Source: an uncultured Candidatus Saccharibacteria bacterium (GTDB taxonomy: Bacteria > Patescibacteriota > Saccharimonadia > Saccharimonadales > Saccharimonadaceae). From it: a stretch of 39,193 nucleotides of DNA. The notes below the pieces were generated by a model, which saw only the letters and a list, made by a program, of their open reading frames with translations, was not told where the DNA came from and ran no database searches. Location of the stretch: assembly GCA_964523935.1 (NCBI GenBank), contig CAZGAP010000007.1:1-39193 (forward strand), read 5' to 3'. A program made the translations under genes and the position numbers. Below, in pieces: positions 17,874 to 25,031 of this stretch (its first letter is position 1; each line of letters opens with the position of its first letter).

Positions 17874-19646
17874 TTACGCTCCCGCTGGTCGATGATGAAT
17901 GATATCAAGCTCCCCGGTCGATTCGTCATAGACGGCGCTCGGCTCGTTTGGATCTTCGACTTGCGCTGATTCGATCTGCGCAAGCTCAGGACTGATTTGT
18001 TCAGCTTCGGTATATGAGGATGTTGCCTCTGTCTGTTCGGGGGAGTTGTTGATTTCCGGCATGACTGGCGGTAGTGGCAGATCACCGGAGACGTATACTG
18101 CTGCATCTTGAGGGGTTGGGGCAAGCTCTTGGGTCGCATCTTGTGGGTATTCATCTTGGGCGAGGGAAGGGTCGACTGGAGACGGGTATGTCGCAGTGTC
18201 ATCCGTCGCTACGACAGCTGCGTTCGTTGTGGCCGTATTGAGGTTTGGTTCAGGCGTGTTCGCCCGGTACGCGTCAGCGGGAGAGCCGTAGTTCGCGATC
18301 AGCAGATCCTCGTCTACCGAAGACGACAGTTCTTGTTGCGTATTTCGTTTGCGATATACCACGAATCCGGCGAGGCCTCCGATTCCAGCTATCGCTGCCA
18401 CCGCTCCACCGACTATGGCTAGGGTCGCCGTATCTTCACCGTCAGTACCACCTCCACCCGACTCGACGTTCAGCAGGAACGACTGTAGTTCAGGTGAGCC
18501 GTTTGCAGGTATCTCTTTTTTGGCAACGGTGAAGCTGACCGGATATGAGTCCTGTGAGTCTGCCGGGGTGATGAGCGCTTCGAACGTATCATTGCTGAGC
18601 TCGGTAGAAATGATTGCGTTTTTGTTGGCGGTAAAGCTACGGTCGCCTATTTTCACCTTGGCGCCCGGAAGAAGCAGGTTGTTTTGCTGGATTGTCAATT
18701 GTACAGGGTAGCCTCGGGTCGTAAAGTTGCCGTTGTATTCCGCTCCCTTTAAGTTGTCGGCCGCGGCCGCTTTGATAGAGAAATAGTAGAGGGTTCCAAG
18801 TTTTAGACCGTCGAACGTCGCCTCGTACGTGCCATCCTCTTTTTTTGTCGCGTTTGCCTGTGATTTCTGGTTATTCTTGCCTGTGCCGAATGTCACCGTC
18901 GGTGTGACGTTCGGGTCATTGATAGCCCAAGCAACACTGTTGAGTTGGCGGTTGGCGGTAACCTTGACGTTTTCGATTTTGACGCCGCCGTCACTTTCAG
19001 TAGTGGGCGCCGGTGTTTCTTCCGGCGTTGGAGCGACTATTGGGGCGGGTGTCGACGGTTTCGGCGTCGCGACCGGCCGCGTCGACGGTTTCGGCGTCGC
19101 TGACGGTTTTGGTGTCGGACTCGGTTTTGGTGTCGGACTCGGACTTGGAGCCGGTGGCGCGTTGATGGTGTACAGCCCGCCGGTGGTGCTCGCCGTACCT
19201 ATGTTGTAACGTGTCGAACCGAAGTTGACTCCTGCCTGTCCAGGAGAAAGTGACTGGAATTTCACTTTAAAGAGGTGAACGTTTTTGTCCATCTGGGTGC
19301 CAGAACTCGTTCTGCCGTTGAACGTGATCGTCCCTCCAGAGACAGTCGGGTTCATACCGGTCGGGAATGATGATTGCGATGAGTCAAAGGAAACGACCTT
19401 CAAATTGGCAGGGAAGGTAAGCGTTCCGTTGACAGAGCTGGCACCGATTTTGATGAACCATGAGTACGTGTGCCCCACATATCCGTCGACGCTGACATCA
19501 AAGGTGTTGCCGGTCTGCGATAGACCCGAGGCGGGTGTGAGCATGACCTTTTCACCGGCAGCACGGGCTACCGGAGGCAGTAAGAGTACTACCGCAGTAA
19601 GGATCATTATCCCTGTTATGATGTGTTTTTGAAGCCGTTTTTTCAT
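17874..19646 (-). CDS. Cell-surface protein, larger paralog of 16387-17871
   Basis: 590 aa with the same architecture. Shared blocks: FTVAKKEIPANGSPELQSF vs FTVAKKTIPSNGSAPESQPF, AKVKIGDRSF vs AKVKIGNKNY, GYPVQLTI vs GFPVIMTI. TM LAIVGGAVAAIAGIGGLAGFVVY-RKR and an acidic, Pro-rich tail. Confidence 0.7.
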   Translation of the reverse strand: MKKRLQKHIITGIMILTAVVLLLPPVARAAGEKVMLTPASGLSQTGNTFDVSVDGYVGHTYSWFIKIGASSVNGTLTFPANLKVVSFDSSQSSFPTGMNPTVSGGTITFNGRTSSGTQMDKNVHLFKVKFQSLSPGQAGVNFGSTRYNIGTASTTGGLYTINAPPAPSPSPTPKPSPTPKPSATPKPSTRPVATPKPSTPAPIVAPTPEETPAPTTESDGGVKIENVKVTANRQLNSVAWAINDPNVTPTVTFGTGKNNQKSQANATKKEDGTYEATFDGLKLGTLYYFSIKAAAADNLKGAEYNGNFTTRGYPVQLTIQQNNLLLPGAKVKIGDRSFTANKNAIISTELSNDTFEALITPADSQDSYPVSFTVAKKEIPANGSPELQSFLLNVESGGGGTDGEDTATLAIVGGAVAAIAGIGGLAGFVVYRKRNTQQELSSSVDEDLLIANYGSPADAYRANTPEPNLNTATTNAAVVATDDTATYPSPVDPSLAQDEYPQDATQELAPTPQDAAVYVSGDLPLPPVMPEINNSPEQTEATSSYTEAEQISPELAQIESAQVEDPNEPSAVYDESTGELDIIHHRPAGA

Positions 19647-19733
19647 TGTGGTTTTTATGTTGCGGTGTTTACTGCTTCAGCTTATCACGCGACCAGATGC
19701 AGGTCAACTAAAATACCCCTGTTTTATGTCACG

Positions 19734-19757
19734 AAAAAAGCCCACCGGAGGGTGAGC
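19734..19757 (-). terminator. Terminator downstream of the minus-strand tRNA-Asp-like gene
   Basis: On the minus strand: GCTCACC-CTCC-GGTGGGC followed by TTTTTT. Confidence 0.6.
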
Positions 19758-19765
19758 TGCTTTCG

Positions 19766-19838
19766 TGGCGGGCCGGATTCGAACCGGCGATCTCCTCCGT
19801 GACAGGGAGGCGTGATAGGCCAGCTTCACTACGAGCCC
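19766..19838 (-). tRNA. tRNA-Asp (anticodon GTC)-like gene whose 3' acceptor strand appears to lack 5 nt
   Basis: Minus strand: GGGCTCG TA GTGA-AGCTGGCCTA-TCAC G CCTCC-CTGTCAC-GGAGG AGATC GCCGG-TTCGAAT-CCGGC, then only CC-G-CCA. The expected 3' acceptor strand is CGAGCCC-G-CCA. All other arms are canonical. Confidence 0.6.
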
Positions 19839-19928
19839 TCGTATTGTTGCGCCTAAGCTCCACGTATCATATCAGCTTTTCGCCCCTGGTGCAACGCCAA
19901 CTCGTGAGTTTATTTCTCGGACTTCAGA

Positions 19929-19937
19929 TGATATAAT
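19929..19937 (+). promoter_or_regulatory. Extended -10 promoter (TGaTATAAT) for tRNA-Thr
   Basis: TGATATAAT ends 18 nt upstream of the tRNA 5' end. Confidence 0.5.
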
Positions 19938-19955
19938 CATTCGGACGAGCCAGAT

Positions 19956-20031
19956 GCCGCTGTAGCTCAGTTGGTAGAGCGGCGCTTTCGTAAAGCGTAG
20001 GTCTCCGGTTCAAATCCGGACAGCGGCTCCA
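19956..20031 (+). tRNA. tRNA-Thr (anticodon CGT)
   Basis: Acceptor GCCGCTG/CAGCGGC, D arm GCTC-AGTTGGTA-GAGC, anticodon loop TTCGTAA, T arm TCCGG-TTCAAAT-CCGGA, discriminator T, encoded CCA. Confidence 0.93.
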
Positions 20032-20047
20032 TAAAATTATCCCGCCC

Positions 20048-20449
20048 ATGAAGGGGCGAACAGAAAAGGGTATGAGACAGCGAATTTTATCATCACTACA
20101 AACTCTGCTGGCCGATCGTCCGGTCATGCTGATTTTGGCCCTTTTGCTTGCTGGCAGTGCCGGTCTGCTGCTTTATCTCGGATTCAGTATCCAACCGGGC
20201 GAGCTCCAGGTGGTTGTCCACTACACTAGTTTCGGGACCACGAATTTCTACAGAGACAAATGGTACTATCTCCTTAGCTTTTCCGCCTTCGCAATTATCA
20301 TGGCTGTCATGCACATCGCCTTGACCTACAAAGTTTTGATCCAGAAGGGACATGACATGGCGGTGGCCTTCGCATGGCTGGGGGTTGCACTGCTCGTCAT
20401 CACCGCCTCCATCGCCTATCAAGTGCTTAAAATCGCATCATTGACATAA
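20048..20449 (+). CDS. Small polytopic membrane protein (unknown function)
   Basis: 133 aa with about three TM helices. Its stop lies 3 nt before the GT2 gene start, so co-expression is likely. The start codon is uncertain. Confidence 0.5.
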   Translation: MKGRTEKGMRQRILSSLQTLLADRPVMLILALLLAGSAGLLLYLGFSIQPGELQVVVHYTSFGTTNFYRDKWYYLLSFSAFAIIMAVMHIALTYKVLIQKGHDMAVAFAWLGVALLVITASIAYQVLKIASLT

Positions 20450-20452
20450 TCC

Positions 20453-22108
20453 ATGACAGATATCGAAATTCCCCTAGGTAAACGAACGAAGTCGTATCGT
20501 TTCTTCGAAATGTTGCCAGCACTGATGAGTTACGGCGCGATTGTCCTATTATTCGTCCTGTCACTCTTCAATCCACTACTGGCAGCCATCTATCTTTTGG
20601 CGGTTATCATTACGACCCTCGTCAAAGCGGTCGGTATCGCGTACCACACAACGACCGGAAGGAGTAATCTCGAAAAGGCCCAATTGGTCGACTGGAGTAC
20701 TCGGTTGCGACAGCTGGAGGATCCGAGCCGTTATCTGTCTGAGCTACGCTCCTCGGCGTCCAAAGGCTTCCGATATGACGAGCACATCGCTAATCTTGAG
20801 GAGATCGCCGCTCACGAGGACTCATATCCTAAGCCGTCGCAGGTGTTTAACGCGGTTATCATAGCCGCGTATAATGAGTCGTTCGACGTCCTCCAGCCGA
20901 CGTTCCAGTCACTTGTCGACACGACGTACGATAAGGATCATATGATCGTCGTGTTTGCGTATGAAGAGCGCGGTGGTGACGGTATTGCCGACACGGCACG
21001 GCGTCTAGAGAAGATGTATGGGAGTAAGTTCAAAAAGTTGCTTTTGGTACAACACCCTAAGGATATGCCGGGAGAGGTCATTGGAAAAGGTGGCAATATC
21101 ACGTATGCAGGCAAGTATCTTCGTGATTGGTTGAAAAGTGAGAGTATTTCCTACAACGATGTAATGGTGACGACGCTTGATTCAGATAACAGGCCGCATA
21201 AAAGTTATTTTGACTACGTTACGTACGAGTACATCGTTCATCCTGACCGCAAGCAATTATCGTACCAGCCAGTCTGTTTATTCATGAATAATATCTGGGA
21301 CGTACCCGCACCCATGCGCGTCGTTGCGACAGGTAACTCGTTTTGGAACATCATTAGTTCAATGCGACCGCATACGCTCCGGAATTTCGCCTCGCATTCG
21401 CAGCCGATGGATGCGTTGGTGGAGATGGATTTTTGGAGCACTAGGACGATCGTTGAGGACGGGCATCAATATTGGCGCAGTTATTTCCATTTCGATGGCA
21501 ATTATTCGGTCTTGCCTATATTCGTCCCTATTTCCCAGGATGCGGTGTTATCTAATACGTACATGCGGACACTGAAGGCGCAGTTCATCCAACTCCGCCG
21601 TTGGGCATACGGCGCCTCCGACGTTGCGTATGTTGCAACTCGGATTTTTCGCAGAGGCAGGACGGTGCCCCTCGGAGGGGGCGTGGCAAGATTGATTCGA
21701 CTCCTGGATAGCCATGTCACTCTGGCGAGCGTCGCCATCCTTATCGCATTTGGTGGTTGGGTGCCGCTGTTCATTAATCCAGAGGCGGCGCATAGTATCA
21801 CCGCCCATCAGCTTCCTGAGGTAATTAGCCGAGTCCAGCAGGTCGCGCTCGTAGGACTGTTTATAACGATATTCTTCGCGTTCAAGATGCTGCCTCCACG
21901 ACCTGCTAGGTATAAGAGGCGCAGGAACTTCTTTATGGTCGCACAGTGGCTATTGATGCCCGTAACGGCGGTCGTATATAGTTCCGCTTCGTCGTTCACG
22001 TCTCAGACGGCGCTGCTCATTGGTAGGTATTTTGATAAGTTCGATGTGACCGAAAAGGCGACAGTCAAGGATAAGAACCGATCCAAGAACGCCAAAAAAT
22101 CACGCTAA
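20453..22108 (+). CDS. Membrane-embedded processive family-2 glycosyltransferase (cellulose/chitin/hyaluronan-synthase-like)
   Basis: N- and C-terminal TM helices flank a GT-A core: IIAAYNES, TLDSDN, and the processive signature QLRRWAYG (QxxRW). Confidence 0.8.
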   Translation: MTDIEIPLGKRTKSYRFFEMLPALMSYGAIVLLFVLSLFNPLLAAIYLLAVIITTLVKAVGIAYHTTTGRSNLEKAQLVDWSTRLRQLEDPSRYLSELRSSASKGFRYDEHIANLEEIAAHEDSYPKPSQVFNAVIIAAYNESFDVLQPTFQSLVDTTYDKDHMIVVFAYEERGGDGIADTARRLEKMYGSKFKKLLLVQHPKDMPGEVIGKGGNITYAGKYLRDWLKSESISYNDVMVTTLDSDNRPHKSYFDYVTYEYIVHPDRKQLSYQPVCLFMNNIWDVPAPMRVVATGNSFWNIISSMRPHTLRNFASHSQPMDALVEMDFWSTRTIVEDGHQYWRSYFHFDGNYSVLPIFVPISQDAVLSNTYMRTLKAQFIQLRRWAYGASDVAYVATRIFRRGRTVPLGGGVARLIRLLDSHVTLASVAILIAFGGWVPLFINPEAAHSITAHQLPEVISRVQQVALVGLFITIFFAFKMLPPRPARYKRRRNFFMVAQWLLMPVTAVVYSSASSFTSQTALLIGRYFDKFDVTEKATVKDKNRSKNAKKSR

Positions 22109-22128
22109 TCAATGCGATAAAGCAAAAA

Positions 22129-22158
22129 AGTAGTCACCTTGAAGGTGGCTACTTTTTC
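22129..22158 (+). terminator. Terminator after the GT2 gene
   Basis: AGTAGTCACC-TTGAA-GGTGGCTACT followed by TTTTT. Confidence 0.65.
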
Positions 22159-22412
22159 GTAGGGCGATGCTGAACGGTCTGACTTGCTTCCGTCCAAGGC
22201 ACGTTATACTCGAATGCTAACGAGAACTTGTCGAGGGCGGAAGGATTATTGACGGGGGTATGTGTTTTTGACTGGTTAGTCATACTTTCATATTACCACA
22301 AGAACAATAATTTGTCAATGGAACAGAATGGATGGACGTATATCATGGGTGATATCAAATGGGGGATATTACCATTTACACTCCCGTGGAAAAGTCATGT
22401 GGATACGGGGAT

Positions 22413-22440
22413 AACAAAAACAGACCCCTGTTGGAGTCTG
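22413..22440 (-). terminator. Terminator downstream of tRNA-Val (minus strand)
   Basis: Minus strand: CAGACTCC-AACA-GGGGTCTG followed by TTTTTGTT. Confidence 0.6.
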
Positions 22441-22455
22441 CTTGAATCTGCAATA

Positions 22456-22532
22456 TGGTGGGCGATGAGGAATTCGAATCCCCGACCTCCTCAACGTCAA
22501 TGAGGCGCTCTAGCCAGCTGAGCTAATCGCCC
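22456..22532 (-). tRNA. tRNA-Val (anticodon GAC)
   Basis: Minus strand: GGGCGAT TA GCTC-AGCTGGCTA-GAGC G CCTCA-TTGACGT-TGAGG AGGTC GGGGA-TTCGAAT-TCCTC ATCGCCC A CCA. Confidence 0.92.
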
Positions 22533-22626
22533 ATACTTCATCTCAATGAGACGGCGTATGGTGGGGATAGTCAGTTGTGTGGAGCGCCTCGGCGACATAC
22601 TTATTTCTGTCTGCCTACGGCATCCG

Positions 22627-22649
22627 GCCAGCTGAGCTAATCGCCCATA
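22627..22649 (-). repeat. Orphan 23-nt copy of the tRNA-Val 5' end (3 nt of upstream flank, the acceptor 5' strand and part of the D arm)
   Basis: GCCAGCTGAGCTAATCGCCCATA is identical at 22513-22535 and 22627-22649. The sequence next to the second copy does not fold as a tRNA. Confidence 0.7.
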
Positions 22650-22680
22650 GCTGTCTTATAGTAGCAAAAGAGGTGAAATC

Positions 22681-22709
22681 TTGCAATAACTGGGGTGGTT
22701 CGTTATCAT
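22681..22709 (+). promoter_or_regulatory. Candidate sigma-70 promoter of the thrS leader
   Basis: TTGCAA (22681-22686), a 17-nt spacer, then TATCAT (22704-22709). Confidence 0.5.
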
Positions 22710-22715
22710 TATGTA

Positions 22716-22880
22716 TGAGCATCGACGCGGACCAACCACCCGCTGAGCTCCGTGGGACGTTGGAGCGTACGGGAACGCTGCATCATAAGTAAAAGTCCGG
22801 TGGAACCGCCCGTCAACGGGCCCGAGACATGCGATTTGTGGATTTATGCAGTAAATCTGAACATCGCATGTTTTTATTTA
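22716..22880 (+). promoter_or_regulatory. T-box-like riboswitch leader (tRNA-sensing antiterminator/terminator) upstream of thrS
   Basis: AGUCCGGUGGAACCGCCCG (22794-22812) matches the conserved T-box core GGUGGNACCGC. It is flanked by a possible antiterminator (GUCCGG/CCGAGAC, GCCCG/CGGGC). A competing terminator follows: ACAUGCGAU (22827-35) pairs with AUCGCAUGU (22862-70), then UUUUU. The thrS RBS and ATG lie just downstream. Confidence 0.7.
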
Positions 22881-22896
22881 TTAAAAGGAGAACGAT

Positions 22897-24708
22897 ATGA
22901 CCGACGAACAACAGCACGCAATGAGACACAGCTTGGCACACATCACCGCAACCGCGGTACAGCATTTATGGCCTGAGGCAAAGTTTGGTGTGGGTCCGGT
23001 CGTTGAGAAAGGCTTTTACTATGATATTGATCTGGGCGAAACGAAGGTCAGCGAGCAGGATTTCGGCAAGATCGAGAAAGAGATGCGGAGGATTATCAAT
23101 CAGGGGCAGGATTTCGTACGTACGGCTATGCCGGTCGATGAGGCGATCGACTGGGCAAAGAATGCCGGGCAGCCGTACAAGGAAGAGCTCCTTAATGATC
23201 TGAAGCGCAGCGGAACGACGGTCGCAAAGGATCTCGATGCGAACGAAATGGGCACGATTACCGGTGGAGACTCGGCTGTCGATGAAGTATCTTTCTATAC
23301 GAACGGTGATTTTACCGATCTATGCCGGGGGCCGCACGTGGCGAACACTAAAGAGGTGGGAGCCTTCAAGCTGATGCGCGTGGCGGGTGCTTACTGGCGC
23401 GGTAACGAGAAGAACCCTCAGATGCAGCGGCTCTATGGCGTCGCGTTTGAGGCCAAAGAAGAGCTCGACGCTCATCTCGAAATGCTTGAGCAAGCCAAGC
23501 AGCGTGACCACCGTAAACTCGGCAAGGAGTTGGAACTTTATACGATATCGCCACTAGTAGGGGCGGGGTTACCGTTGTTTACGCCGAGGGGAACGGTACT
23601 TCGGGACGTTATGGCACAGTACTCCAACCAGTTACGGCAAGCCCGAGGATTCGAAAAGGTATGGACGCCGCATATCACGAAGACCGATCTGTACGAGGCA
23701 TCGGGTCACTGGGCGAAGTTCGGTGATGAGCTCTTCTTGGTGACGAGCCAAGAGACAAGTGACAAGATGGCGCTCAAACCGATGAACTGCCCGCACCACA
23801 CGCAGATATTCGCGAGCAAGCCGCGGAGCTACAAAGATATGCCAGTGCGGTTACTGGAGACCACGACCGACTATCGCGACGAAAAGACAGGGGAACTCGG
23901 TGGCCTCAACAGGGTTCGTTCGTTAACCCAGGACGACAGCCATGTGTTCTGTCGCCATGATCAGATAGAAAGTGAAATCAACGGTCTGCTCGAGTCAGCC
24001 CATGAGCTCTATGCGTCAATCGGGATGAAGCTGCGGGTGAGACTAAGCTATCGTGACAATGGCGACGGTTATCTGGGCGATGCGAAGCTATGGGAGACAG
24101 CGCAGACGCAGCTAAAGGCCGCCGTTGTCGCTAACGGCCTCGACTACTTCGAGCAGGACGGCGAAGCGGCCTTCTACGGCCCCAAGATCGACTTCATGGC
24201 AACCGATGCGATCGGACGCGAGCATCAGGTGGCGACGGTACAGCTTGACTTCGTGCAGCCTGAACGGTTCGGACTGGAATACGTCGATGGCGAAGCGCAG
24301 CCGCAGCGACCGGTGATGATCCACTGTGCGCTGCTCGGTTCAATCGAGCGCTTCCTAAGCGTATTTATCGAACATACCGCTGGCTGGTTTCCCTTCTGGG
24401 CAGCTCCGGAGCAGGTAAGGATTCTCACTATCAACGATACAGTTCTTGATTACGTGGACGAAGTCGAGAGTATTCTGCGCGGTACTGTCCTGATGCGACC
24501 GGTGCGGTTCAATGAACTGCGCTTCTCGAGGGATGACAGGAATGAATCGCTTGGCAAGAAAATCAGAGAAGCGACGACGTGGAAGATACCGGTTCAATTG
24601 ATTATCGGCCCTAAAGACAAGGAATCCAGGGAAGTGAGTGTGCGCACGCAGTCAGGAGAAGAAAAGATAGCACTCGAGGAACTGGCTGACTACCTGCAGA
24701 AACTGTAA
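22897..24708 (+). CDS. thrS: Threonine--tRNA ligase (no N-terminal TGS domain)
   Basis: 603 aa. It starts in the editing/SAD domain (MRHSLAHITATAVQHLWP). Class II core (RVRSLTQDDSHVFC, FYGPKIDF) and a C-terminal anticodon-binding domain. Confidence 0.95.
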   Translation: MTDEQQHAMRHSLAHITATAVQHLWPEAKFGVGPVVEKGFYYDIDLGETKVSEQDFGKIEKEMRRIINQGQDFVRTAMPVDEAIDWAKNAGQPYKEELLNDLKRSGTTVAKDLDANEMGTITGGDSAVDEVSFYTNGDFTDLCRGPHVANTKEVGAFKLMRVAGAYWRGNEKNPQMQRLYGVAFEAKEELDAHLEMLEQAKQRDHRKLGKELELYTISPLVGAGLPLFTPRGTVLRDVMAQYSNQLRQARGFEKVWTPHITKTDLYEASGHWAKFGDELFLVTSQETSDKMALKPMNCPHHTQIFASKPRSYKDMPVRLLETTTDYRDEKTGELGGLNRVRSLTQDDSHVFCRHDQIESEINGLLESAHELYASIGMKLRVRLSYRDNGDGYLGDAKLWETAQTQLKAAVVANGLDYFEQDGEAAFYGPKIDFMATDAIGREHQVATVQLDFVQPERFGLEYVDGEAQPQRPVMIHCALLGSIERFLSVFIEHTAGWFPFWAAPEQVRILTINDTVLDYVDEVESILRGTVLMRPVRFNELRFSRDDRNESLGKKIREATTWKIPVQLIIGPKDKESREVSVRTQSGEEKIALEELADYLQKL

Positions 24709-24710
24709 CC

Positions 24711-25031
24711 ATGAAACCTGACACTGGCTTTCGCGAAAACGTTGAGAAACTCATGGCCCAGGTGCCGTATGGGCAAGTGACAACCTACGGCGACCTTGCT
24801 GCGCTTGCGGGTCAGCCCGCGGCAAGCCGGATAGTCGGCGGGATCGCTCATTACGGTAACCCCGACTTGCCATGGCATAGGCTTGTCAATCGCTTCGGGG
24901 GTCTGGCGAGTGGGTTCCACGGCGGGCGCGACATCCAGGCGCAACTACTTGCTCAGGAAGGTATTCGTTGTACGAATCACATCATTGATCATTTTAAGGA
25001 AGTGCGATGGCAGCCGCCCCTCTCGTCGTAA
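24711..25031 (+). CDS. Alkyltransferase-like protein (ATL; MGMT homolog with active-site Cys replaced by Trp)
   Basis: YGQVTTYGDLAALAGQPAASRIVGG....LPWHRLVN. The motif is PWHR where MGMT has PCHR, as in the E. coli YbaZ type. Confidence 0.8.
   Translation: MKPDTGFRENVEKLMAQVPYGQVTTYGDLAALAGQPAASRIVGGIAHYGNPDLPWHRLVNRFGGLASGFHGGRDIQAQLLAQEGIRCTNHIIDHFKEVRWQPPLSS

Noticed and set aside
19020-19150. Short regularly spaced repeats that could look like a mini CRISPR array
   Set aside because: The repeats are 18-20 nt, directly tandem or 10 nt apart, and in frame within a CDS encoding PKPSPTP units. No cas genes or spacer-like unique segments are present.
17078-19632. Plus-strand ORFs opposite the two surface-protein genes (for example 18349-18711, 18829-19209, 19285-19632)
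   Set aside because: They are mirror-frame artefacts of the repetitive Pro/Thr/Gly-coding sequence on the minus strand. The minus-strand proteins have signal peptides, TM anchors and mutual homology.
22228-22503. 91-aa ORF in the GT2-to-tRNA-Val spacer
   Set aside because: It runs into and across tRNA-Val on the opposite strand, has no RBS, and has a Trp/Cys-rich odd composition. The region is probably non-coding. It contains the tRNA-Val terminator.
22540-22652. A possible second tRNA, or a long-variable-arm tRNA, built on the duplicated tRNA-Val 5' fragment
   Set aside because: There is no GAGC partner for the D stem, no TTCRA T-loop, and the candidate 3' ends (TATCCCC-A-CCA, GAGGCGC-T-CCA) do not pair with GGGCGAT. 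It is reported only as a repeat.
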